Source: Hydrolagus affinis
Lineage: Eukaryota
Reading direction: 5' to 3'
Assembly: GCA_012026655.1 (NCBI GenBank)
Contig: JAAILG010000876.1
Span: 1 to 64,000 of the forward strand
Length of the DNA: 64,000 nucleotides
Shown: positions 9,432 through 22,774 of the stretch, piece by piece
Layout: every line of letters begins with the position of its first letter
How positions within the stretch are numbered: the stretch's first letter is position 1
Program-made: the position numbers and the translations under genes
Notes under the pieces: model-generated
What the model was told of the DNA's origin: nothing
The model's database searches: none
What the model saw: only the letters and a program-made list of their open reading frames with translations

Positions 9432-12400
9432 TAGATTCTAGGATTGGGGGTACAATTGGTTGCAGAGTCTCTGGCTTCAGAGGCAAATACTCAGAGTTTC
9501 TCCTGCTAATCACTATCCAGGTCTCCTTAGGCTGTGATGCCACTAATGGCCAGGTCACTTGCTGGTGCTTGCTGTGTAGTTTTTGTTTGTGAATAATGGT
9601 GGCTTAGACGAGGTATCAGCAGGAACTAGTGGAATAAGCTTCCTTGGTATTTTGAGGGTGGAGGGGGCAGAAGCGGGAGGGAGGATGGAAGCAAAATGGT
9701 AAGAATCGTCCAAAACAGCAAGACTCTGCACAGATCTGTGTAACTCAGGGTTGCATGCTTCATTTGTGAAGCTGTGATCACAGGGGGCAGAGAGTTTATT
9801 CAAAGATTAGTTTGGTAAACTCATTCCCTTTGTACTCTCTAATCCACTTTAAACCTCAAAGCTGTTTGTGGAGTGAATGCAGTGCATTGCGTCATGCTGT
9901 TACTGGGACAGGGTACACAGCTCTGAGGAAGCAATGATCCCTAGTGCTTAGCTCAAGCGGCAGACAGAGCTAATTCAGTGTCGCTCCACGATTGGCATGT
10001 GGGTAACTGAATTCTGAATCTCTAGTGATCTCTTATCGCTAAATACGACAGACATGGAAGCCTCACCAAGGGCGTTATGTTGTCAACGTGACTAGCCATC
10101 TGTGTCACAAGGAAGTTATGGCAGAATCTCTCCCTGTGTAATACCATTGTAATATGGTTCTACTTTGTAAGTATTGTTGTTGCGTAGAATGGATTTTCCC
10201 ATCACTTCTGAAAATGGTAACTAGTCCGGGGGAGCACTTCTGTTGGGTGTCGTTGAGCACCTTACCTAAGTGTCCATAGGTGAGTCTAGAAACCTGAGCT
10301 TTGCCTGAAATACTAATCCCGCCTTCATCTGACGGAACATCTACTTTCCGGTAGATGGTCACAGGCTAGTGACCAGAAACAGATAACTTGGCTGCTTGTT
10401 TTTCTTACCCCCTCATGAATAATTTCAGGTCTCTGCTTCATTCTTCTTTCCCCACTATCATGCACACACATATTAATTGGCTGAAGCAAATGGTTCTTGA
10501 TCAAAGAATGTGCCTTTGCTGTGTTAAATGGCACTTGCTTCACCTTGTGCTGGCAAGCTGTGGCATCGGGCACTGCTACCTCTGCCCTGATCAAGCGTGA
10601 ATGGATAACAAGGGTTGGAGTTCATTCAGAACATAAGACTGTCTGCTCCCTTGTTTAACTGGATTTAATTAAAGCCGTTTGCGCTGAAAGCCTCGGCCTG
10701 GTTTGGAAAGTTTGTGCGTTCACCTACTGCGTATATACCTAAATCCTGACAAAGAAGCTTTGAAGCATTGTGCCTCACAGATTCCCTCCCCACTTACACC
10801 ATGCAATTCCCCGTGATTAACCCGGGAGCCACAGGGCCCTCCGCAGGCTGGCTGTTAGGGTCCTGCAGTGTAATTGAATCATACTCTAAGGTTCGATCAA
10901 GGGTAGGATTGAATTAGGTGATTACAGTCAGGGTGGCACAGTGTCCCTGAGCTAGTGAAGGAAAGATCAGCCAGGGTCCTTACTCTTTGTCTCTCTACAG
11001 TCAGCCCATGTGTAACATGGGTGGGTGAAGTAAAGACATTCAAATGATTTATCCATACTCTGATTAGGGACAGATTTGGGAGAAGTGCTGGAAAAGTGAT
11101 TGACATCAGTGGATGTACCTCAGCTCAAATCTGTTTCGATTTTGAAAAGGACAGGGAAGTAAAGAGTATGTACAGTAGTAGAAAAAGTGTGTAATTCACA
11201 GAGCAGCAACAAGCCGCAACATGACTGTTAGCAAGTATTTTGGTGATGGTTTCTCATTTTGTTTAATAGCTGTTACCTGTTGAGGTGAAGAGTGAATGTG
11301 TAAGTAGAGGGTTAAAAGGTTACAATCTTTGTAAACCTGAAGGAGATCTGGAAATGCTTGATGGTGATGGGGCAGAAAAGCTCAACAAAGCAAGAAATGT
11401 ATGTATAAATGAGTCCCGATGCGAATTGTTGGCAGGCAAACAATTTATCCATTGCTTTACTTCTTTGTACCCAATAAACCCTGTTCAAGATGGGCAGAAA
11501 CCTGCTTTATTATCACCTTAAATGCCACTGTTGTACTACCAGCCGTTGAGAGGGAGGGATGTGTCTGGAAGACTGATGAGCAGTCATCTTAGACTTAATC
11601 ATAGGTACATTGCATGGAGAGTAGTGATGGACAACCCGATGAGATCAGGAGACAGATTGCGTCATGCAAACGTTGCGAGCAAATGATTTGGTGAAGAAAA
11701 GGCATTCTGGTGTCCTCACTGAGATTAATTGCTACAAATCTCATTCCTTTCTCTTAACTCAATATAACGTCAATTTACAAAGAATTTGATTATTTTTTAA
11801 ACTGAGTTTGTCACACTTGTGCGATATTGTTTTGTAAACACCCAGATAACCTATTGATCTAGAATGGTCCGTTGGAGTTCCTAATAAACCAGTTAACTAC
11901 AAGGGTTAATTAAATTGCTCCCGTGCTTGTTGAAAGCTGGCTTCCCCATGTTGTACCAAAGACCTGACCTTTTATTTTCTCTCTGTGATTTCCAGTGTGC
12001 TTTTTGGCTGTCGGTGTGGAGTCATTCCTAAAGGTATATTGAAGGTGGGATTAGAAAGTTAGAAGGTCACGGGGTTGCGATATTAGAATATTTATTTTCA
12101 TAAGTCTGAGAATACTTTTGTTCACGAGGGAAGCCCAGTCACAATGCACTTCTGTCAGGGAAGTAGAAAAGAAGGATTAGGGTTTAGCATAATCAATGAC
12201 TGAGTTCAGATTGCAGAGAGGCACAGCGAAAGGTTAGTCGTCTCATTCCCCTGATGCTGTCTGAGCCAAAATATAAGAGAAGCACGAGGCTAGCTCTATA
12301 AGAAGGGGTCCTGGGCTATTCAGTAAATTTTGAATATTTGCTAAGTTATTCTCATACAGGCCAGACTACAACAGCACCTGGCTGAGACACGGGTTCCTTT

Positions 12401-12609
12401 GTATTGTTCCCGTTGAATGGCTTTTTATTTTTCTTGAAGCAGTGGCTTTGTTTCTCCTGTTGTTTGTTGCAGTTTGGTGGTGTGTAGTTCCTCTCCTGCT
12501 TGATGGCACAGTGTGTAGAGGGTTGACGTCTCACTGTTCTGTGGATTGGAAGGTTACCTAGGTATGGTATGGGAGAGAAGGAAGAGAAATATGCTTTGCT
12601 ATGTACTAT

Positions 12610-13105
12610 AAACAACAAAATTACATTTGTATAGTTCCTTTCACATTGGAAGGATTTCGCAAGCACTGGACAGATAGTATTTAAGGCCCAACCTGGGATA
12701 GGGATTGGGAGGGCTGGGTGGGGGATGAGGTTGATTGAAAGCATGGATTGAAGAGGAGAAAATTGAGATGGGTCTTAAAGGAGGCAAGGGATGGGGTGGT
12801 GAGGCAGAGGGACGGAGTTCCAGAGGGAGGGGGCAGGTTAGTAGGGGGTTAGGAGCTTGCAGAGGTGGGGGGGTGGGATGAAGCCATGAAGACTTTGAAG
12901 GCAAGCACCAGGATCTTGTACTGTCTTCTGTGTGATGAGAAGGTAGTGGAGTTGGGCAAGGTGGTGGATGATATGGTCACGCAGCCTAGTGTAGGAGAGG
13001 ACATGGGCTGCAGAGTTCTGGATGATCTGCAGCCTGTGAAGTTGGGGAGGCCGACAAGTAAGGACTTTGCACAGTCAAGTACGGATGTTATGAATGCAAC
13101 CAGCT
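12610..13105 (-). mobile_element. L2-clade LINE 3' fragment
   Basis: aacaacaaaattacatttgtatag tail plus ggctgcagagttctggatgatctgcagcctg (the RLQIIQNSAA region), shared with 3572-4395. Confidence 0.82.
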
Positions 13106-13914
13106 AACTTTTGAGTGGACGAGACACAGAGAGAGAGACACAGAGAGAGAGACACGCACACACAACTGATAGAAAATGGCTATGGTCGTCATCACTCTGT
13201 TCCAATTTATCATCGTCTAGATTTTAAATAAATATACTCATATGCTAATGAAAAGCCTCCTTTTAATATGTGTTGACCTTATTCTGATTCCCCCCCCCAC
13301 GCCTCCCAACCAACACAAGATGGTTGCTTCTCTGCCAGAGATATTGTAGTAAAGACAAGGAACCCACTGATTCGCTTTCTGTTTCTGGAATGTTGTGTCG
13401 CTGTTTGCCTTTCCATTCTGTGCTATTGTGGGAGGAAGAAATGCATGTATTGTAATTTGGGTATTATAGGTCATTATCATGATGTATAGGTTCGGAATTG
13501 ATTTTAGATCATAGCCCTGAATGCTACTCGTGTGGTCTTTCCTTCTGCCAACGAGGAAAGCGTGACATTTCTGCCGGAGATTTCATACCACTATATCAAT
13601 CATGTTGTGTTGCAGCATGTTCAATTGCAGGGTTAGTGTGAAGTCAGTGATGTATGAATTTTTTCACTATTTCTGAGTCCTGCCAAGCACATCATCAGGC
13701 AGGCAGTGAACCATCTCTGCTGTGTCATTTTCACTTGACCACTAGGGTGCGTATGTCAGTAGTCTGGCATCATTTCTAGTTTTTGCATTTGACATCGCAC
13801 CTCTCATGTCATAATGTCACAAAGCTCTTTAAAGACCTTTGTGGTCAAATGTAGATTGAACGTTGGTCTATCCACATTGAGGTCATGTTTGTGGGAATAA
13901 TAATTGATCCGTTG

Positions 13915-14205
13915 TGGCTTAGTTCTCAACTCTGGATCAGAAGGCTGTTAATTCGAGCTCCACATTCCAGACTTTGAGGCTCTTATTCCGTTGCAGTGTT
14001 GCGGGAGTGCTGAATTATCAGACATGTTATCCTTCAGTTAAAACATTAAACTGAGATCTTGTCTACCTGTTCAAGTGGCCATTAACGATTCTGTGACACT
14101 ATTCAAACAAAGTATCTCCCAACTCTTCATGTAAATTGTTTATTCAGTTAAAAGCAGTTTGTGGGATCATGAAGTGTAAATTGGCTGCCACTTTTGCCTA
14201 CAAGT
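13915..14205 (+). mobile_element. Old DeuSINE / SacSINE1-like SINE
   Basis: gatcagaaggctg..gcagtgttgcgggagtgctg..acattaaactgagatcttgtctacctgttcaagtgg..gacactattc..tttgtgggatc..gtgtaaattggctgcc fits the Deu-domain layout. Confidence 0.65.
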
Positions 14206-14264
14206 CCATCCTGCTTCAGTCCTGGTGTGGGACAGGACTGATATGTTCGGACTTTGTGAGTGGA

Positions 14265-14604
14265 GTCCCATAGCTTAGTGGTCAGAGAACTCGTCTCGCA
14301 AGCGAGAGGACCAGGGTTTGCTTCCTTATTTTGCAAGTTTCCTTACTTCACATGCTTCTAGTTACTTAGCAAGGTATAGGAACTCTGATGTTAATTGATT
14401 AGTGAATTGCTTTTCTGAGGATGATAATCGTGGCCAATAAAAATAATAATAATCATTCAGTCCACTGTTTGTTGGACACTGCTGTGTGTAATTGACTGCT
14501 GTTTCACACAATTAATATATAGTCGATTCACCTAACTTTTGGGAAGTGCTTTGGGACTTCTCAAAGATATGTTAAGAAGTTATATCAAATGCAAAGATTA
14601 TTAT
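14265..14604 (+). mobile_element. tRNA-derived SINE (young family), near full length, diverged
   Basis: Head gtcccatagcttagtggtcagagaactcgtctcgcaagcgagag, then body, then tail tatatcaaatgcaaagattattat. Confidence 0.85.
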
Positions 14605-15744
14605 AACGTTGTGTTGTGCATACAAAACAAATAGGTGGCAAACCAATGATATGATAACATCTTTAGTAGAAATAATTGTTCTATTGAATGCTAGTTATTT
14701 GCCCTCCCCAATTGAGCATTGAGATGCCAACTGGAAGGGATCATTAAACCAGGTCCCCAAGCAGGTACTTTATTGCTCTTTTGCACAGAAAAAAAGCTTT
14801 CAAAACATTCAGCATGTTGAGACCTTTAGTTACCAAATTGATTTTGTTGTGTAGAGATAGCTGTTATTTCTCATATTATTTTAGAAAATGTTCCTGTTGA
14901 AAATAAATAGGATGGCTGATGCAGGGAGAATTTTAGATAGTTAACGATTTTTACCAGGTCTTGTGATAGGACTGGCAATTTTTATTTCTATATTGCCTTT
15001 TGTTCTTGTGTATTACTTCACAAAACACTGGAGTCATTTTCCAGGAGTTGGTCTGTTAACTCCGAGTGGAGTAGCTCTGCAGTATCATAGCAGCTGAATC
15101 CCAGGTATCATTTGGAAATAGGCACCAAGGTCCAGGTCAATCATTCTTGTTCTCTGGAATTAAAACTTATTAAATTAAAAATTATATGTTTATTCAGAGT
15201 AAGGAATGTAGTGAGTAATTCTAGTGTAACTGATGTACTTCTATTTCCGAGCTAATTGTCACATTCCCTTCCGTTTCTAATGTAATTTGACATTCTCTGT
15301 TTCTGATGTAATTCACATTCTCTCCCACTGGTGTACACAGAAATCTTGAAGTAAGTATTAACTTGGACCAAGCATAACATTGCTTGATGGACTGGTTATG
15401 TGTTGATAATGATCCAACTGCATTGGGGACTTGGGCTTTCCTAGAATAAACATACAACTAAATGCTTGCTACAATTAGTGAAAGGAGCAGATGTATGGGA
15501 AATCCATGCATCATGCCAACCTTTTTGTCTACTATATATGTCATCCTAGCTGGCTCAATCGGTGGTGCACTGTACTTGGGAACAGAAAGATTTTGGTTCA
15601 AATTCCAGTGGTTCATGTCAATCTTTTATCCTATATGTACCTATAGCTAAACTTTGGCATGAAGTACAGTCTTCACTGGTTTCTGAGGAGACCATCGTTT
15701 CTAGGTCAAAATTGCCAATGATGGTCGATCAGCCTGAGACATGG

Positions 15745-15905
15745 AGGTGTCTCATCCGAAGAGGGCACCTCTGAAAATGCACCATACTCCCAGCACTGCT
15801 TTGGAGGGTCATTTTACACTATGTAATTCCATGCCCTGATGTGTGGCTTGAACCCACAACCTTCTGACTTGAAGGTGAGAGCGCTACCACTGCTCCAGGC
15901 TGACA
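15745..15905 (-). mobile_element. DeuSINE / SacSINE1-like 5' fragment
   Basis: gtctcatccgaagagggcacctctga..gcttgaacccacaaccttctgacttgaaggtgagagcgctaccactg is a reverse tRNA-like head. Confidence 0.7.
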
Positions 15906-17289
15906 CACAAAATAAATATCTTCCTAACATCTAGATATCATGCAGAGCAAGATGTGTACAAATTAATTTTGTTTAGTGTTTACGATAACCAGACCATCTT
16001 TATTGTTATACAGTATTCTGCTTCCCTGATACAGAATGAAAGTCCTGGTCCTCGCGAGTTTCAAAGATTCTTGCAAAATGCAAAGGGATCAGGGTTTAAT
16101 TAGAAGTATGGAATTGACATGGTGTAACACAGAGAGTGATGGTTAAGTGTTAAGGAGCTTGTATTTTGAAGAAATCCTAATTTTGAATCCACTTATGAGG
16201 AACTTAGCAAAACTTATGTTTTTCTTTTACTCACTCAATAATGCGCGAATAGTATTTTGTCTTCAGTAGTTTATGAAACTGTTATAATTGGAAATGGTTG
16301 CTGCCTGAGATACTTGATATTTTACTTTGTACGGGAGAAACAATACTGTAATAACAAGTGTATTGTCTGATCCGGCTGGTCTGAGCTTATCATTTGTACC
16401 TATGGGAAATCAGGACAAACCGCAAGGGCTTGCATCAAAGTACCTTAGGTGTAACTGGAAGAAAAGACTACAGACAAGTATCCCCCAGTGAAGACTATGG
16501 ATTAGTTCATCCGGACTGGGATCGAACCAACCTCTTGCTCCAAAGGACACAAGGCAAAGCAAAGTGATTTTCATGTCATACTTCTGGAGTAAAATCTATT
16601 AGGGGAGCATAAATAATACCTCAAAGTCTCTTGGTCCATGCAAGCAGTTATAATAAGCTAGCTGTTCACCGTGCAGAGAAATTGTGCTGCGCTTTTTCCA
16701 TTGATATTTACTCAACTCAAATAAAAGTGCCGCACCCCTCCCTTTGCTCAAGTTGTTTTCTAGAACTTGGTTTATTTGTTTGTGCCAAATGCACTTTTCG
16801 CTTCAACTACATTATCGCCAAAGCACAGACTTGAAAACAGCTTCCTTGTCTGGGAGGCACTTATTACAACTAAATTGGAAATCATTGAACTCTTCTTCCC
16901 CTCCCACCAAAAAAACACAGGGATGGGAATGTGTGAAATGGAAGTGTCATAAAACACACAGGCATCTTCTTCTGAGTCTGGTATTAAGACTGTAGGTGTG
17001 ACAGTGTAGAGGGAGATTTAAGCTGCCTCTAACTTTATTGTAACAGACCTGAGTGCTTGATGCTAATTGGGGTGTGGGGGGCGATGGTGACAGAGAGAAG
17101 AGTGTTCTATTCCCCAGCACTGACATCCTTAACTTTGAGTGGAATTTTTAAAAAAGTACTGTACATTGTTTCTGTGTGTATCATGTTACAAATTACTGGG
17201 TGGGAAAGAGGGGAATTGGGTTTATTGAGTGGATATCAAACTGACTTGATTTCCTCAGTAACACCTGCACCATATGTTTTTTTAACATT

Positions 17290-17672
17290 AACAACAACAA
17301 AATTACATTGATGGAGCACCTTTCACATTGGGAGGATGTCCTAAGGCGCTGAACAGTCAGGGGTCGGGACCTAAGCACGGGGGAGGAGTAGGGGTGAGGG
17401 GAGTCAGAGAGGTAGGAGGACAGCTGAAGGCATGGTCAAAAAGGAGTGTCTTGAGACCGGCCTTAAAGGAGGCAAGGGAGGAAGCCAGGCGGTGGGACTG
17501 TGGGATGAGTTCCAAAGTATGAGGGCAGAGAGGCTGAAAGCCCAGCCACTAATGGTAGGGCAGGTCAGGTGGGAGACATGGAGCAGACCGGAGCCCGCTG
17601 AATGGAGGGACTGGGCAGGTTGGTAGGGAGTCAGCAGGCCGGAGGTAGGAGGGGGAAAGGCCATTAGGTAAT
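17290..17672 (-). mobile_element. L2-clade LINE 3' fragment
   Basis: (CAA)n tail. Minus ORF LLTPYQPAQSLHSAGSGLLHV..AFSLSALILWNSS. Confidence 0.88.
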
Positions 17673-17704
17673 AAGTAACTTTGTGTTGCAATTTATTCAG
17701 TAAC

Positions 17705-17752
17705 AATCCTACAGGTTCTAAAATCCTACAGGTTCTAAAATCCTACAGGTTC
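17705..17752. repeat. 17-bp tandem repeat, about 2.8 perfect copies
   Basis: aatcctacaggttctaa aatcctacaggttctaa aatcctacaggttc. Confidence 0.92.
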
Positions 17753-18967
17753 CAGCCTTGTCCCTTTTCTGACCTTGAGTATTATGACTTTATTATCTTC
17801 AGATCACAGTTACTAAGTTCCCTATCCTTTGATCTCAAACAACAGTCTACCAACGGTGCTGCTAAAACAGAATCATAAGAGACTAGTTTGCTTATTTCTG
17901 CCTTTCCTCTTGCACGGCTCTCAACACTCTATAAAAGCAAAGTCCATCTTAGAGTTGAGCCAAGCAAGATTTTTTGAGCTCTGCACTTACAGACAGGTTA
18001 CAGAAAAGGGTGATCCGTTCCTCATCTCTCAATGATTGCTTTCCCTCTCTGAATTTCATAACCACTGACTTATCAGTGTGGCCATTGGTCTTCCAAAACT
18101 TTCTTTGTTTGTCCCAATCTTCAAATACTAGATGCAGCATCTCTTTCTCATTGTGTTGAAATCTAGCACTGCCTCCTACTTTTGGCTCATTCTCAAAACT
18201 GGATTTCCTCTTTGTCCTCTTCTCCTACAGGCTTTTAATAATCCCAGTGTGATGTCACTATTTATTTGACTGACTGAGTCTTCTCTCATATTTTTAACTT
18301 GATAATATTCTTTGCTCACATACCTTGGAGTAGTTTCACAATCAGAAAACAACATGGGCCACTATTGAGCAAGTGAATGGACGTGAAAATGGGGCAATTT
18401 AGAAACCTGGAGAAGGCAACTTGATAATATTGAGCAATGGGAGGCTAGAGTTCAATGCCAATATTACTCCCACAATAAAATAATCATTAGTTCCTTTTAA
18501 AAGGAAAAGTATTTCAGTGCTAGGACTCTGGAGGATTGGTTGGCACCTTTAACATTGGGAAACCAAAAGGTATTTGGGTTGGTTTATAACTTGTCCTGTC
18601 AGTTACACAACCTTCTCCAATGACTGGAAGAGATGGGCAAGCAGAAAGTTTTAAAAAAAAACTTGTTTTTCATACAGAGGTGTGGTGTTGCTGGAGTCTG
18701 TTATATATTTAAAGAAAGAGGGAAACGCATTTTGTTTTAGTTACCTGTCGGGAAAGTGCCTGTTAGTAGCATTCCTCTTGTTCCTCCCAAGCTCTTAATA
18801 TACCATTTCACACTCTTCCTCCTCCCGACATCCTCACTGTCCAAAGCCAGAAGTGTTCACTGAACCAAGGGGCTCTGCATCCTGTGGTGCGGTCTCTCTG
18901 AGAGCAGCCGGGCATCACTGTCCTGGTGATTGTTGCCCTGGGCAGAGATACGCTGAGTAATTCTTCT

Positions 18968-19025
18968 CAACAGCAACAACAAATTGCATTTATATAGTGC
19001 CTTTCACATCTGGAGGACATCCCAA
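18968..19025 (-). mobile_element. Tail-only L2 insertion (about 60 nt)
   Basis: caacagcaacaacaaattgcatttatatagtgcctttcacatctggaggacatcccaa. Confidence 0.75.
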
Positions 19026-20144
19026 CAGAGTGAAGGTTTCCAGTTTAGTAACAATTAAGTACCTTGTTTCATTAGCCATAACACAATCTTGATCTAGGTT
19101 GAAGTTGAATTTACTGTAGTTTGGAAGCACCTGTTTGACAAGTGCTAACTATGGTCAAGGACACGCTTTTATTTTTAAATCTCTTTTAAAGTTACAGACT
19201 ACACATTCCTGCAAACACCCCACACCCATCTTGAGGCTGCTAATGTTTTTCCTGAGTCTGTTTCTGTGTCTGGTTTTATTGCATTCTTCCCTCAGATGGA
19301 TAAAACAATCTTCTCAGATGTGTCGGATATTTGGTAGACGTCTTTAGCTGCTGCATGTGGGAACAAATCCCACTCGTTTTTCACTGTGCCAGAGACCACA
19401 TATATAGTGGTGAAGATTTTAATCTGACTATCTGAAGCATCAGCGACGTGTTAAAGCCAGTCAGTCTTGGCAGTAAAGGAGAACTCAGGAAAATCCTTTG
19501 GCTTCTAGCTCGCAACTAAGAGACAGGCTGCGCAAGCTGCTTAAAATAACAAACCTAGTGACTGTGAGCAAGAGTCGTTTGTTAGAAGTGATAATTTGAA
19601 TGGCACACTGACAGATATCCTTCCTAAATGGTGTTTGTTCTGGAGATGATTGTGCAGGTGCATAACCTTAGCTTATCAGATGGTTGTTATAAAGATGTCA
19701 CACAGGGGGAGAAAAAATCCACCCACACTTTGAGATAATTACAACATTGAGGAATGTGAAAAGACCATTATGAGAGGGGAAAAACATGCAAACCCAGGCA
19801 GATTGCTGCAAGGAATAGATATGCAAGATCTGGCAAACGTGTTTTCTGTATCTATGTCTTTTGACATGCAGCTAAAGTGAAGCAATCTCGCCTACGTCTA
19901 GTTGGAGTGCTCATTTTATGGGTCAGCTGTTGCCACGTTCTTGTCTGTCTGAAGTTTCTGTTAGTCAGCACGACACTAAGATTTCCATGTGACTGTAGAT
20001 TAGAGATGGTGTGCTTCGATTAATGGATCCCGGCAACACATTAAAGGTTGAAATTTAATTGAGGCATTTGGGTGTTAGTTTATGTAATGAATCCTAGGAA
20101 TGAGGTACTGGCTAGAATCATAGTTGAACCTGAACCTTGTAAAA

Positions 20145-20360
20145 TCCACTCATGTCTGATAATAATCCCTCAAGAAAAAAAAGCAATAATAAATTGGTCA
20201 TTTTCAATCCACGACTGTTTGTTGGACCCTGCTGTGCGCAATTGGCTGTTGCATTTCGCCCACATGTTTACAGTCAATTCACTATACAGTATATTCTGTA
20301 AAGCACTTTGAGATGCCTAGAAGACGTGAAAAGCGCTATATCACATGAAAGGATTACTGT
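20145..20360 (+). mobile_element. tRNA-derived SINE (young family), 3' half
   Basis: ataataatccctcaagaaaaaa..ttggtcattttcaatccacgactgtttgttggac..gacgtgaaaagcgctatatcacatg. Confidence 0.87.
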
Positions 20361-22043
20361 TATGTTCTTCATTTGTCAGTTTTCTATCAAAGAAAATCAG
20401 ATGTATATCAATTGAAAATGCTTGTAAGGGAGGGAGAGCATGACATACAGTATTCAGGATATAGAAAGAGTGGAGAAATGGGGTTATAAATTTCAAGAGT
20501 TGCAGGTTTGATGGGTTGAAAAGCCTGTGAAGCATCATCAGCCAACACTTTAGTGCTGATCTTTGTGTTTGTTACATCTAGAATAGTTTAACTCATTTGT
20601 TTTCACCTTTAAAGTTTTGAAATCTTTCTAGCACTAAATTACAATCTTAATAAGGTTATCTTATAGTTCCTGCATTATTTCTTCACAGCTCACGTGCATT
20701 GATCCATAAATCATTCAGTTGCCTATTGTTGTAGCCTCTCCAATGTCAGAATGTTCTCACTAATACTGAAACTGGAACTAATTGCACTACTCTAGAATAA
20801 GCCACAGCAGTACTTGGTACAAGACCACCAGAATGCTCTGAGATTTAATGGGGTTAAATAAGCAATTATGTGATTAGCCTTGATTTCAACATAGTGATTT
20901 AAAGTAAATTTGAAAACAAAAGTTTACTCTTGAAATAAATTTTGTTTGTTTCACTTGTGTTCATTTTCTCAAACGGTTAATATTAAGCAAAGATAACATG
21001 CATGTCAAGGAAGTGATGACCAAATGGTGATTTATCTGTCCAAGAGGACAGTGGTTTCGGAAGGTTAAATTTACCCCCAGTTCCCAGTCAGCTGGTTTTA
21101 ATCAGCTAGTTGTCCGTGGATCCAACTGCACCTCAAAATGGGTTAAAGACAGCTGCTAAGGTTGGGTGACTATGTGAATCCTGATTAGCTATGCTGTGAC
21201 TGAAGCAATGTGTCTTTTGGACGTGGGTGAGCATTCCGCCAAAGTGAAATGTGTGCCAGTAAAGTTAGTTTGGCATTGACACTGTCCATCCCATCCTCTT
21301 GCAATAATAATGGAACTTGCTGTTTATTGCAGCCACCTGTTGTGTGCTTTCATCTGAAAATCCGGATAGAAGAGAGGAAAGATTGGCACTACAAGGACTT
21401 AAGCTTTGTTCTGCCACAATTAAGGATGGATAGGCTTAACGTATGTTTGTAAGACAAGGGCAGCTGTTGTATATCGAGGAGATTTGATGGCCCCAAATGA
21501 CTTGTTTCCAAAACGCCTGACCCATGAGTGCCCACTCCTGAGCTGTGTGTGAGAGGGGTCTGGAAGAGGTGTGTTGAGGAGGTAGATTAGGAGGAAGTGG
21601 AGTGAATACACTCTGAAGCTGTAAACACCATGTGTGGATGTTGCCAGTGTTTAATCTGGAGCTACGGAATCTAGGCTATGATAGCATCAGCTCTAGTGAG
21701 CTGGACAGCGACATGGTCGGCTCATAAAGGTTTCACTAGCACTTGAGTGTTTAGAGGCCTCAGGGGCTTGGAGTTGTCGGAACTAATTGCTCATGATAAA
21801 CTAATTATTTCACTGATAAAATGTCAGATTCCTCTCCTACTCACTCAGATGGGAAGTCAAGGCTGTAATTGCCAGCGACACCTGCCCTCACTGATTTACA
21901 ACCAGAGTATTACTGAATTATAGGATGTTGTAAAAAGAGGAGCCGTGTCAGTTTCAGATGCATAGCAGGAGATAAGGGAAAAACTACTGTTTCTCTGGAT
22001 CAAAGGGTAACTCTCAAGTGCACTTGGAAAGTTCTTTAAAACG

Positions 22044-22318
22044 TGACCTCTCTGTTGTGATAAGTCATGTACAAAGCTCCTGTTTCCTTCTGGTACCAAT
22101 GGTTAATTCTGCTAGTGACTGACTTAACGGTTTTCCTCTAAGACAAATGGTGTAAACGATTTGCTTGCAGATGAAAGATAAAGTATCAAAACTTTTTCAT
22201 TAACTTTGAGATCAACTGGATGGACTGCAGTTGTTCTTTCTGATCCCATTATATATTCCTGTAGGATACCAGAAGGAAACAGGAGCTTTGTACATGACTT
22301 ATCACAACAGAGAGGTCA
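22044..22318. repeat. Perfect 52-bp inverted repeat (22044-22095 / 22267-22318)
   Basis: tgacctctctgttgtgataagtcatgtacaaagctcctgtttccttctggta and its exact reverse complement, 171-bp spacer. Confidence 0.95.
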
Positions 22319-22774
22319 AGTTTTGCTATTTGAAAGCGGTTTCTTGCAACCATAAATAGCTGTATTTTTAAGTTTTCTAAATAACAGGAGAATTTTTTTC
22401 TCATGTAACCCAGACCCAAGTGACTGCACTGCTATTAAATGACGGTCTTAAATAATCTGATTACCGGTAGTTATTTATTTGAAGCATTTCGGATATGCAA
22501 ACAAATACCTACACAAACTAAAAGTGAACTGATGTTAAGAGGAAGTGTGTAGGCGTGTGTGTTTAGACTCCCATCACTTCATGTGGCCTCTGATGCATGT
22601 CAATCTCCATGAAGTCATAGATTGTTGAGCAAGATTAGTTTTCCTTGATTGATGTCTGCTAGGAGCTTTATTAAATTGAAACATAAACGGTTCCACTTTT
22701 CATACATGGCTTGAAAAAATGTATCCTGCGGCTTATTTATGGTTGCAAGAAACCGCTTTCAAATAGCAAAACTT
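22318..22774. repeat. Perfect 41-bp inverted repeat (22318-22358 / 22734-22774)
   Basis: aagttttgctatttgaaagcggtttcttgcaaccataaata and its exact reverse complement. Confidence 0.95.

Noticed and set aside
8739-9434. 231-aa ORF on the + strand
   Set aside because: It starts in a SINE, ends in the palindromic MITE, has no recognisable domain and lies inside an intron. Chance ORF.
17705-17752. Short direct repeats that might suggest a CRISPR-like array
   Set aside because: The units are contiguous with no spacers and the context is eukaryotic. Simple tandem duplication.
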